Of a stretch of DNA of 64,000 bases, positions 40,481-49,644 are shown piece by piece. The translations under genes and the position numbers were made by a program. The notes below the pieces were generated by a model. That model saw only the letters and a program-made list of their open reading frames with translations. It was not told the DNA's origin and did no database searches. The stretch is from a virus (Duplodnaviria; Caudoviricetes). The stretch is taken from positions 49,330-113,329 of the IMG/VR virus record IMGVR_UViG_3300020037_002952; one strand, written 5' to 3'. The number at the start of each line of letters is the position of its first letter. The stretch's first letter is position 1.

Positions 40481-41007
40481 AATTCATACTTCTTTGAGAA
40501 TCGAATGTCAGCAACTTCTTCCAACATATCTTCGATAGTAACAACTCGCTCAACATTGAAGTCTTCAACAATCTTTGGTAGTTCGGTCTGCATGGTTGCG
40601 AGTCGTGCAAACATCCGTTTCATTGCTTCCTCTGGCACAACTGTTCCAAGCTCCTGGCGTTGTGTAGACTTATTCTGCGCCTCAATTACTTCACGCTTCA
40701 ACGATGTTATCATCAAAGTGATTGGCTGTCCAGCGGCGGCAGTAAGAACATTCTTAAGATCCTTCGCCGTGAGATTGGTTGCGTTCAAGTAAACGTCCAA
40801 GTTATGCTGCAAACGTGTCCATACAATTGTATCAACGATCTTGAAAACTTTGCCGGTGACAGTTTGATTTGTTTGATCGCCAGTCAAGATTCGCCGGTAA
40901 TGGTCAGATGACACAACAGCATCTTCTGTAATCATATCAATCTCAAGCATTCGACTTGCAAGATAATCTTTGCCGCATCCTGGCGGTCCAATAGGGATAT
41001 ACAACAT
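40477..41007 (-). CDS. Polynucleotide kinase-like P-loop protein (AAA_33)
   Basis: GPPGCGKD, SSDHYR, NATN, VPEE. Confidence 0.8.
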   Translation of the reverse strand: MLYIPIGPPGCGKDYLASRMLEIDMITEDAVVSSDHYRRILTGDQTNQTVTGKVFKIVDTIVWTRLQHNLDVYLNATNLTAKDLKNVLTAAAGQPITLMITSLKREVIEAQNKSTQRQELGTVVPEEAMKRMFARLATMQTELPKIVEDFNVERVVTIEDMLEEVADIRFSKKYEL

Positions 41008-41484
41008 TATGCTCCTGCTTTCTTAGTCCAGTCAGGGTTCTTATCTTCAACCCAATCACATGCTTCTTCTAGAAGTTTAATATATTCACGTATAGTTGCA
41101 ACGTTATGTTGTGTGTTATTTATAAGGATTGTTCTACGATGAGCTTGCGCTGAAATTCGTAGATCAGACCTAAAATTAAAGTTCAGACAATACTTTCTCT
41201 CTAGTTCGCGTAGCTCTTCCCATGCGTCCATTATTTCTCCTTAAGATTCGAATTAAGCATTATGCTTTCTTATTTCTTCTAGCATCTGCCGTTTTTCTTG
41301 TTCAATTTTATTGAGATCAATCTCGAAATATTCAGCGAGGATTTCCTCAATAGATTTATGGGGAGGTAAATACTCGTCTTCTCCCTGATGAAATTCACAT
41401 AAAGTATAGTCACTACACTCTAGAAACCAGCCGATAAGTTGAGACTCGTCAGCGATCTGTCGCATTTTTTCATGTTCAGGATAA

Positions 41485-42690
41485 TCAGCCATTATTACGC
41501 CTCCCCTCAATAAACTGATGAATAGCAACTTTTGCTTCTTTTGGATCTTTGTTTACTTTAAGAATTTCTGCAATATCTGACATAGAAATACTGAGATCAA
41601 AAATCTCATCCTTCATTGTCATACGCTTCTCATAAAATCTCTCATAAAGACGTTCAACCTGCTCTGATCGAGCATAATCAATCTTCATTTTGAAGTCAAT
41701 CCGCCCAGAACGGATAAGTGCAGGGTCAAGTTTATCTTCATGATTTGTTGTCATGATTGTAATAAGACCATGTGGTGTTGTGATTCCATCCAAAGCATTC
41801 AACAATGCCGATAGGGAAGCTCCAGCCCCGTCTTCTCTAGATGTAGCGGCAGAATACACGTCAATATCTTCAAGAACAAGAATAGCGTTACGAACGTTAG
41901 CTATCAACTGTAGTAGTGTACTATCTTTTTCGATATCTTTCAATGAGAGATATGCGATAGACTTATTAAAGTGTCTACCAAGAGCTTTAGCGAAGGAAGT
42001 TTTGCCAGTTCCTGGTGGCCCATAAAACAAATAGCCTCGGTGATACGGAATGCCGATCTCAGAGTAACGTTTCTCATCATCAAGAAAGTCTTGCAAGTCA
42101 TTTACGATAAGTTCTGCTTGGCCTTCGGCTAGGATAACTGAATCCATTGTTCTTGGTGGTAACTGTGTAGCACTTTCCCACTCACCATAAGAACTAGGGA
42201 TTTTAATAAATGGCGGAACTAGTTGCAACAGTTGTTCTTTAATCATCATTTCAATATGATCTAAAACCAATTTTCTTGCTTCAATAGTTTCGCAAACAAA
42301 AGTTACGTCAGGAGTTTTTTTCAAAAGACTTGATTCCCAGCGCTCTGATTTCGCTGCTTCACCATCGGACAGAAAGAATTTAATCTGGTGACCCTTAAAG
42401 ATGAAAGTATGTTCTACCGCAGAAGGCAAAGAGAAATATAAACCACGTTTTGCATTATCAGCATTAAAAGTGCTCGTTTTAAGCATCGGCAACGGATCAA
42501 CCTCAATTTGAGAGATAGCCCACTGAACAACTTCATTATAGATTTTGTCAGTCGATTGCATATTAATCTTGTAGGTATCTTTAAGTTTTCTATCAAGATA
42601 GAGGTCTTTGCCTTTTTCATACAAGGCAAATCCTGCTGTAATTGTTGCAATGGCCTTATGCACCTTATCGGCCTTGTCATTAAACTTCAT
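41485..42690 (-). CDS. BCS1-like AAA+ ATPase
   Basis: GIPYHRGYLFYGPPGTGKTS, LEDID, LSALLNALDG, MTTN, LDPALIRSGRID. Confidence 0.88.
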   Translation of the reverse strand: MKFNDKADKVHKAIATITAGFALYEKGKDLYLDRKLKDTYKINMQSTDKIYNEVVQWAISQIEVDPLPMLKTSTFNADNAKRGLYFSLPSAVEHTFIFKGHQIKFFLSDGEAAKSERWESSLLKKTPDVTFVCETIEARKLVLDHIEMMIKEQLLQLVPPFIKIPSSYGEWESATQLPPRTMDSVILAEGQAELIVNDLQDFLDDEKRYSEIGIPYHRGYLFYGPPGTGKTSFAKALGRHFNKSIAYLSLKDIEKDSTLLQLIANVRNAILVLEDIDVYSAATSREDGAGASLSALLNALDGITTPHGLITIMTTNHEDKLDPALIRSGRIDFKMKIDYARSEQVERLYERFYEKRMTMKDEIFDLSISMSDIAEILKVNKDPKEAKVAIHQFIEGRRNNG

Positions 42691-42726
42691 AAAATACCTC
42701 ACTCATATTTGTTTTGGTTTAAGTTG

Positions 42727-42839
42727 CGGGGCGCATAGGATTCGAACCTATGAATAATAGCTGTTGTTATTGTCAGGTAACCGCCAATGACGCATTACGT
42801 CAGAGCGAAAGGACTATTATTCCACCTTAAAGACGCCCC
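42727..42839 (-). ncRNA. tRNA-like ncRNA (113 nt) with acceptor and T arms but no canonical D or anticodon arm
   Basis: GGGGCGT/GCGCCCC acceptor; ATAGG-TTCGAAT-CCTAT T arm; GAATAATAGT/GCTATTATTC 10-bp stem; inner TGACG-TAATG-CGTCA hairpin. Confidence 0.75.
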
Positions 42840-42847
42840 AGTTTTAT

Positions 42848-43033
42848 TTAGGCGTTAGCTCGCCGAAGTCGGAGATTCCAGTTCCTCACGGTGGACTCTG
42901 GGATACCTAGTGAAACTGCCAATCGCTTCTGATCGCCAGCTTCCTTAATAAGCTTAGCAAGCTTTGAACGTGACAAAGTGCCGAGACGCTCTGTCTTAAT
43001 CTTCACTGTCTGCTTCTTCACTGATGTAGTCAA
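42848..43033 (-). CDS. Small HTH protein
   Basis: QKRLAVSLGIPESTVRNW. Confidence 0.7.
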   Translation of the reverse strand: MTTSVKKQTVKIKTERLGTLSRSKLAKLIKEAGDQKRLAVSLGIPESTVRNWNLRLRRANA

Positions 43034-43067
43034 AATATTCTTCCTTTATGTGTTGGTTATTTTTCTC

Positions 43068-43457
43068 TTACGAGACTTTTTCTTTGCCGATCGAGCGGAA
43101 AACTTCAGCCTGTGGTGTAATCCCAAGCTCTAGCTTGATCTTTTCTGAACGCTGCTTACGTAGTGCAATACTTTCCCGAGATGCCTTATCCTGTGCATCC
43201 CTCAAAGCATCACGTTCTGCAACAATTCGCCGAGCATTCTTTTCGATCTTGCGACCGATTTCCTTGAGTGCTCGTGCTGTTGCAAGATCTTCGCCAAGAT
43301 CCTCATCATAAACATCCGGTCCATTACAACGACTAGAACCAACTGCTGATAGAACCTTACCATCCGAAGCATAGTAAGTAACCTCAGCTGTAGTAACTCG
43401 AAGCCTTGGATCGGAAATAACAACTGCAAGTGTATTATTCTCTAGTGAATCTTTCAT
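43068..43457 (-). CDS. DUF1876/Rv2632c-like (dsRBD-fold) protein
   Basis: AVGSSRCNGPDVYDEDLGEDLATARAL. Confidence 0.6.
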   Translation of the reverse strand: MKDSLENNTLAVVISDPRLRVTTAEVTYYASDGKVLSAVGSSRCNGPDVYDEDLGEDLATARALKEIGRKIEKNARRIVAERDALRDAQDKASRESIALRKQRSEKIKLELGITPQAEVFRSIGKEKVS

Positions 43458-43458
43458 T

Positions 43459-44493
43459 TTATTTCTCCTTAAGTAGAAACTTGTTATTGATTGCTTTAAA
43501 ATTACGATACTCATGTCCATAGAGCCACCAAACAATACCTTCAGCTTGACGCTGGGGACTGATAAGCGACTTAATTCCTTCAACTTGTTCGATGGCCTCA
43601 TCAGGTGAGTCTGGTAGTTCAAGATCCTTATAAATTGGAACTTGAATGCCAGGAATCGTCTGATGATCCATACCGAGAACTGCCGAATTAACAGTATTAT
43701 ATCCAAACTGGAGATTAAACGCTGAAAACTTCTGACCCTTAACTCCAAGAGGGTTGTTCTGGATTCCCTCGCCAAAGATTTCTCCCTGAAGCACCACCGC
43801 TTGCTCTCGGAACTCATCGGAAAATGATCGCAGGAACTCTTCGATTTCAAGTTCCCGAGCAATCTTCCAGTAAAGGTTGCCCTCCGTTTCCTTTAGCGCA
43901 AGGTTTCTTGAACAAACCCAGAACTTTCCAGTGGAGTCAAGACCATAGCTGGCAGATGTGCCATCAATCTTTTCAGTAGCAATGGCAGCAGTAACTTCCA
44001 ACGGGAAAATACTTCCAAGATTCTGAACTCTTTCTGCATCTGTTTTCTTCATAAAGAACGTGGGGAAAGACCCTTCCACTGAACCAGAAAGTTGTGCTGG
44101 AATCGGCGGTTCCCATTTTTCAATTTTGAGTAGCTCGGTAACGTCACTACCCTCAAAAATAAGATCCGGCGTAATTTCTGGGAAAAGTTTAAGTGGAAGA
44201 ATCAAACCCTGAGAGTATGTCTTCTTCAAACGAATAGTTCTCAGAACATGGCCCTGTTCACCAGCACTATTTGTTTTCAATCCTCGCTCTGCAAGAAACT
44301 CAAATCTTGAGTCTGTCACATCAATAAAGGAATCAATCTCAAAGAATACACAGAAGTCATTCACGGCCCAGTTATTGTCTTTTTGTGACACAACAGGCCA
44401 GCCGCCAACTGTGAGTTTAACAATCTGATCGGCGTCAGGGATTGGCTCTAATTTCTTAATTTGCTGGACACTTGCCAGCCTTCTTTCAGACAT
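43459..44493 (-). CDS. RNA ligase, Rnl2/DRB0094 family with N-terminal OB/tRNA-binding domain
   Basis: LEPIPDAD, YSQGLIL, KTDAERVQN, TEKIDGTS, VCSRN, QGEIFG, EGIV, FKAIN. Confidence 0.92.
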   Translation of the reverse strand: MSERRLASVQQIKKLEPIPDADQIVKLTVGGWPVVSQKDNNWAVNDFCVFFEIDSFIDVTDSRFEFLAERGLKTNSAGEQGHVLRTIRLKKTYSQGLILPLKLFPEITPDLIFEGSDVTELLKIEKWEPPIPAQLSGSVEGSFPTFFMKKTDAERVQNLGSIFPLEVTAAIATEKIDGTSASYGLDSTGKFWVCSRNLALKETEGNLYWKIARELEIEEFLRSFSDEFREQAVVLQGEIFGEGIQNNPLGVKGQKFSAFNLQFGYNTVNSAVLGMDHQTIPGIQVPIYKDLELPDSPDEAIEQVEGIKSLISPQRQAEGIVWWLYGHEYRNFKAINNKFLLKEK

Positions 44494-45089
44494 GAGACAA
44501 CCCAGGAATTAGGGGAGTATTGCCAAGCTTTCCGGCGAGAGCTAATTCTGCCGCCGCATAAGCATAAGCATTCAAAGCAAGATGTCGATTCCAGTTACTT
44601 TCAGAAGCATCAAGTGTATCAGCAATAAGAATCTGATACGATGCATCTTCAATAAGCATTGGATATGTTTCGCCCGTTTCGGGATCTACCAGTTGACTAC
44701 GTTCAGTTTTGTAAAACTCAAATAGCTTGATATAATCCTGATGAGCTTGCTCTGCTGTAGTGAGTTTCTTTTTTCTAAATAGGCTCATAGTTGTCTCCCA
44801 ATAATATTCAGAATGATCAGACGTAACTCTTGAATTGCTTTTTTGCTGTAATTTTTCAATCGCTTGATCCTAAATTTAAGAACTTCACGACTATCATCTA
44901 TCAAACGATACTCATTCTTAAAGAGATCAAAAGAACCATTATCATTTCGCCCAGCGGCAATCGACTTCTCGACGGTCCCATCGAAATCAAATGTCCAGTC
45001 AACAACATCAACGATGTCTCCTTCGGAGACAATATTTTCATGCTGCTTGAATCCTTTTAGAATTTCAGCTTTCATTTTTCTCCTTAAAT

Positions 45090-45491
45090 TTATGGTAGCC
45101 AAACACCATATTCAGAATCACTGATAGTATAGACTACTCGTTTAATTCCTGCTGCGGATATTTCTTTCTGGCATTGTTTACATGGTTTCGCCATACCAAT
45201 TTTCCCATTGCGTCCAATTCTCGCCACATACAGCACTCCACGAGAGGCTCTAGGAGCCCTTCTCAGGGCTTCAATCTCAGAGTGCGCCGATACCCTAGGT
45301 CTAGCCTTAAAGGCGCTGAAATCGGCTGTGGTCGGGTCTGAGAGCAGCCTACTAACTCCGCTACTCAAAGTAGAACCGCCGAGAGTAATTACTGCTGCAA
45401 GTCTCCATTTAGGATACTTAGTATTTTGTCCAGCAAGTTTTACTGCTCTTTGTAGTGGTCGTGGAAAATCTTTAGGCTTCGTCTCGTTCAC
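45090..45491 (-). CDS. Zn-dependent cytidine/dCMP deaminase-like protein
   Basis: HSE...PCKQC; AGIKRVVY. Confidence 0.85.
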   Translation of the reverse strand: MNETKPKDFPRPLQRAVKLAGQNTKYPKWRLAAVITLGGSTLSSGVSRLLSDPTTADFSAFKARPRVSAHSEIEALRRAPRASRGVLYVARIGRNGKIGMAKPCKQCQKEISAAGIKRVVYTISDSEYGVWLP

Positions 45492-45930
45492 TTTGGATGG
45501 ATGGAAGCAGCAGCTGGCTTACTAAGCATTGTATAGATAACACCCAGCCAAAATGCTGTTGGAAAGAAACCAATTGTTGGCGTGTCAATTGCCGAGTGCA
45601 AAATTCCTGCACCGATCATCAACAACCATCCATTGAATACTCCAAATAGAATCAGTCCAATAAGAAGTATTGTAAGATCACTTGCTTCGTTAGACATCGT
45701 TTTATTCACGATTAGTCCCTCACATTCGTAGAACTACCACCAACAAGCAAACCGATGATTATGCCGAGTGGAATTGTTGACCAAAACCCTAGCGGCGGGA
45801 CTGAATCAGAAATACTTCCGTGAATAACACCGAGCAAAAGCATGATAAGCCAAGTTGACCAAGCAATACTAATTGCAAGAATAATAAACACTAGAATAAT
45901 TACGCCTAGAAAGTTAAGTACAGATTTCAT
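45488..45930 (-). CDS. Two tandem paralogous small membrane proteins (45488-45709 and 45712-45930)
   Basis: WLLMIGAGILH..PTIGF versus WLIMLLLGVIH..PPLGF. Confidence 0.6.
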
Positions 45931-46168
45931 AATGTTTCTCCTTAAAGACTGTCTGTTAGTGCATCCAGAATGAGCTTATCATAGTCTGATGCGTTGATAT
46001 AAAATGGATCTTGCTTGTTATAAATTTTGGAAAGGTCGGCCAGATCAGTTGAATCTGGATCAATATAATGTTCAATAATGCTTTCAATGGCACTGTCGGA
46101 AAGCTTTTCACCAACCGGCAAAGCCTGAATTTCTTCGAGCACTTCATCAATTGTCATTAAAGTAATCA

Positions 46169-47492
46169 TTATTTTTCCTCCGGTAGATAAAGAATTGTCA
46201 TAGAATCTGTAAATAGTCCAAGCTTATCAATTTTGAATGAAGAGTGGTATGTGTCATCTCCAATTACACATACTCTTCCATCTCCATTGCAGCGATAGAT
46301 TTCTTCATAGCCACCACTATAAAATCGCACAACAGAAGCCTTCGGCAAACTTGAAAGCTCTCCTCGTGTGGAAATCTTATCTCCAACCTTGAAAATTTTC
46401 GCAGGCTCTTTAGGTGGTGAGGGGAGATATTCAACTCGTCGAGAGAGAGAAGCGAGGTTGCTGGTAATAAAATGCCAACTAGGGTATTCTTCCCAGCCGT
46501 TGAGAGTCTTAAGGTAGACTCCCACTCGACCAGATAAAATGGTCCCGGGCGGGAACTCAATATCTCTTCTGATTTTACAGCCAGAGTAAAATTCGGCAGC
46601 TTCTTCAAACTGTCCCGTATCAAAGACTCCAACATCGCCTTCGTTAATAGTCATAATCAATCCTTTGGTAGATGTAGAAGTTTCAGTGTGCATTTTTTGG
46701 ATCTATCAAGATCCTTAAGAGCCCAATGCCCATCGTTCGTTGGTTTGGTTAAAGAATCGTTCATGAAATTCATTTGGCCGCCGCCTCTCATAATCCAAAC
46801 GCGAATTGATCCGCTTATTTTACCAGTAACATGCACAACTGATCCTTTTGGCAATCTTTCAAGATCATCGTATGTAATCTCTTGTCCTTCTTTCAAAGGC
46901 TCTGGTGGAACGTACACAACCCTGACCGGATCGTTTGCTTCCCAATCGTTGCTTATGTCTACTGATTCCCACGCCATACCTGTGTCAATACGAATCCAAG
47001 CTCGATAGCTGCTAGCGATAATCAAACCAACTGGAATATCTTCACTCCACTGGTATTTTTGTCCAACTTCATACTTCATGATGTTTCTCCGATGTATTCG
47101 ATGTATAATGGTTGATTATCAAATCCATATTTATGGATTTTAACATTCGTCGAATCCAATCTATAGAGATTGGCATCTTCACATATCAAATAAAGATAAT
47201 CTTTGCACATTTTTTTTGGAAATCTTACTATGCTCCCCAATGGAAGCTTTTGTAGATTTTCTGCTTTAATCTTATCTCCAACTTTAAAAGGTTCAGTCGG
47301 CTGGTATACAATTTTTGTGTCAGGGTAAAAGTTGTAATTCGGTACAGAAGTACATGGGGACCATGAACCGTCATCTGACCAAACCCTAATCATTTTATTA
47401 TTAGATAGAATTAGGTAATGTAAACCTAAACCTTGAGGCTCTATAATTATTGTTCCTGGCGGCAATTTGAGATCAGGATCTTTAAAGTTCAT
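46169..47492 (-). repeat. Three tandem 'VGD...LPxGS' paralog genes (46169-46654, 46657-47079, 47076-47492)
   Basis: Each has two copies of the P(x)G[ST]I...[IL]xYLP module. Confidence 0.7.
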
Positions 47493-47520
47493 ATTTTCTC
47501 CTAGTGTTTTAAATTGGTTG

Positions 47521-47556
47521 AGCGCCCGGTGGGATTCAAACCCACGGCCTGAAAAT
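47521..47556 (-). pseudogene. 3' half of split tRNA-Arg(UCU)
   Basis: AGGCC-GTGGG-TTTGAAT-CCCAC-CGGGCGC; CGGGCGC pairs with GCGTCCG at 48270-48276. Confidence 0.8.
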
Positions 47557-47576
47557 TCTCAGCATTTCTGTCGTTA

Positions 47577-47611
47577 TATCAAGTATGGGAAAGAGACTCC
47601 CATACTTGATA
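47577..47611. promoter_or_regulatory. Perfect 14-bp hairpin directly after the CTGTCGTTA motif
   Basis: TATCAAGTATGGGA-N7-TCCCATACTTGATA. Confidence 0.7.
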
Positions 47612-47613
47612 GG

Positions 47614-47690
47614 TGCGGACGACAGGACTTGAACCTGCATGTGTCCAGTTACCCTTTCAAGTCTTTAGAAGAGACAGGGGATACGTCCGC
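47614..47690 (-). ncRNA. Non-canonical tRNA-like RNA with UCU (Arg) anticodon loop and no D-arm
   Basis: GCGGACG TAT CCCCT GTCT-CTTCTAA-AGAC TTGAA AGGG TAACTGGACACAT GCAGG-TTCAAGT-CCTGT CGTCCGC A. Confidence 0.8.
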
Positions 47691-48242
47691 ATGGAAGCTA
47701 TCTGTTCAAATGAATCGTGTTTAAAGCAATTCAAGGTGTTACGTGGATCTACCGGAAAGTATTGTTCTAAGTCTTGTGCTGCCAAAGTTAACGGTTCTAA
47801 GTACCCCAAAAGACATTCCTTGTATCAGTGTAAGGTTTGTGGGATTAACATCAGAGGAGAACAAAGTAAAACAACTGGAGTATGCACTGCTCATCGCCCT
47901 ACACCTGAAGAGAGAAGGCAAACGAAAATACAAGAATGGATCAATGGGAGTTGGTCCGGGGGCAGTGATCGTAAACTCTCTAACATAATCAGAAATTACT
48001 TACTTGACTTAAGTAATTATTGTTGTCAAGAATGTGGCTTTAACACTCCGCATCCAAGCGACGGTAAGTCTATTTTAGAAATAGATCACATAGATGGCAA
48101 CGGGACGAATCATACCCCAGACAACTTACGTGTTCTCTGTCCAAACTGCCATGCGTTAACCCCTACTTACAGAGCTAGAAATATGGGATTTGGTAGAGCT
48201 TATAAATATATAAGAGTTCCCATAAAGAAGTCTGAAGACTAG
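47691..48242 (+). CDS. HNH homing endonuclease, antisense to the surrounding genes
   Basis: CSNESC..YCSKSC; CQECG...LEIDHIDGNGTNH..NLRVLCPNCH; AGGGGA upstream of ATG 47691. Confidence 0.9.
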   Translation: MEAICSNESCLKQFKVLRGSTGKYCSKSCAAKVNGSKYPKRHSLYQCKVCGINIRGEQSKTTGVCTAHRPTPEERRQTKIQEWINGSWSGGSDRKLSNIIRNYLLDLSNYCCQECGFNTPHPSDGKSILEIDHIDGNGTNHTPDNLRVLCPNCHALTPTYRARNMGFGRAYKYIRVPIKKSED

Positions 48243-48276
48243 AAAACCTTTGCTCTGTTCACTGAGCTACGGACGC
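48240..48276 (-). pseudogene. 5' half of split tRNA-Arg(UCU)
   Basis: GCGTCCG TA GCTC-AGTGAACA-GAGC A AAGGT TT TCT A, then HNH antisense sequence. Confidence 0.8.
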
Positions 48277-48284
48277 AGACTTTA

Positions 48285-49101
48285 TCAGTTATTGACGTAA
48301 ATGGTTCTCCATTTATAGCCATCATCTAAATTTTGGTTTAGAATTCTATGATTATGACCAATACCATAAACGCCTAAGCTAGTCACAAATCTGGGACTTG
48401 ACTCGTTCCATCCTTGAACCAACGACCCGATAGGGACGATTTTCATTATATCCTTACTGCGAACCCAAGATCCAACAGGGATCTTCTTCGGCGGCAAATT
48501 CATATGTGCTGAAGTTACTTCAACACCCTCGAAATCATATCCTCCGCAATTAAGTTTGATCCCATCATCTCTTGGGGCAAGGATATAATCAAACACTCGT
48601 TGAAGTTCCGCTTTATTAACTGGCTTGCCGTTTGCTTCAAGTTCTACTGTGAGGTTAACTGTAATTTTACTCATCAGTTGCTGCCAAGTAACTAAGAGAG
48701 ACTTTTCGGTCACGAGAAATAACCATAGAAAGTTTCATTCTATTGGGATAACACGAACAGAGGCAAAGATTGCCACCTAAGATTAAGAGATTATGAGGAG
48801 CTCTACTATTATGAAGGTAGTGTTCATACGACACAATACTTCCAACAGGCAAATCTCCAAGATCTTCGCGACTCAGAATTTGTCCTTCTGCTAGTGGAAC
48901 ATACATGTTCTCAAATTGACCTGATTTCAGATTAATATCTGATTGACTCTCTAGTGGAACGGAGACTCCGATCCAGTCGTTAGAGTCTAGTCTTAAATAA
49001 TGTTGCCCATGTCTATTTCTACAGATAGACCCCGACACTTTAATCTGTGGTTTGCCGTGGTCCCATGTATCGCCAGTTCTTAGAGTTTTAGACTCGTTCA
49101 T
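48285..49101 (-). repeat. Two more 'LPxGS' paralogs (48285-48674 and 48667-49101)
   Basis: IPVGSW/VPIGSL and EGQIL..LGDLPVGSIV. Confidence 0.6.
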
Positions 49102-49295
49102 TTGTCCTCCGGAAGATAAAGAATAGTGAGTGTATATTTGCCTGGGTTATCAATTTCTACATTATGGAATGCACCATTAACATTCGCTGCATTAAATCTG
49201 CCATTTCCCGTACACATGTATACGCAGTTAAAATTTCCCATCTGCGCTTGAAAGATAGAGTGCTTAGGCAGCAAAGATGCTTGTTCTGCTGTAAT
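49098..49295 (-). pseudogene. Headless C-terminal half of an 'LPxGS' paralog
   Basis: ITAEQASLLPKHSIF...TLTILYLPEDK*, out of frame with the NadM-like ORF. Confidence 0.6.
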
Positions 49296-49644
49296 ACTGT
49301 GCGAAAGAATCCCTAGAATGATAAAGCGTTACTTGCTCGTCATGGATGAACATACTGTCTAGAATTTTATCATCAAGATTCTGGGACCAAACACTATCAT
49401 CGGGGTGGTCATCCAAGGAAGTTATAGTGTCACCATAATAATTAATTGATTCGAGATACTCTTTTACCATATTCATTCTGGACTCAACGGGCAGCGGATT
49501 ATTTGCGGAAGTAGGAAGGGGATTATTTCCAATGACTATTGCAACCTTGTCGCTCTTCCTTGCAACTTCCCGAATAATTGCTTTGTGTCCAGCGTGCAAT
49601 TCTGGCACTTGGAAACGTCCAACAATAACTCCAATTTTAGTCAT
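49264..49644 (-). pseudogene. Truncated NadM-like NMN adenylyltransferase (HxGH nucleotidyltransferase)
   Basis: GVIVGRFQVPELHAGH, NPL..R, DSVWS, SRDSF; ends early with no SxT motif or NUDIX domain. Confidence 0.7.

Noticed and set aside
42727-42839. tmRNA or bacterial Y RNA
   Set aside because: Too short for tmRNA, with no G3-U70 pair or tag ORF; the ends form an acceptor stem rather than a Ro-binding stem.
47660-47676. Amber-suppressor (CUA) reading of the tRNA-like loop that might read through the TAG at 56215
   Set aside because: That register gives only 2 bp of stem versus 4 bp for UCU, and TAG is used as a normal stop in many genes here.
47557-48239. Group I intron in the tRNA-Arg anticodon loop
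   Set aside because: The insert is filled by an antisense HNH ORF and a tRNA-like gene. No P3-P7 core is visible, and re-joined exons give a poor anticodon stem.
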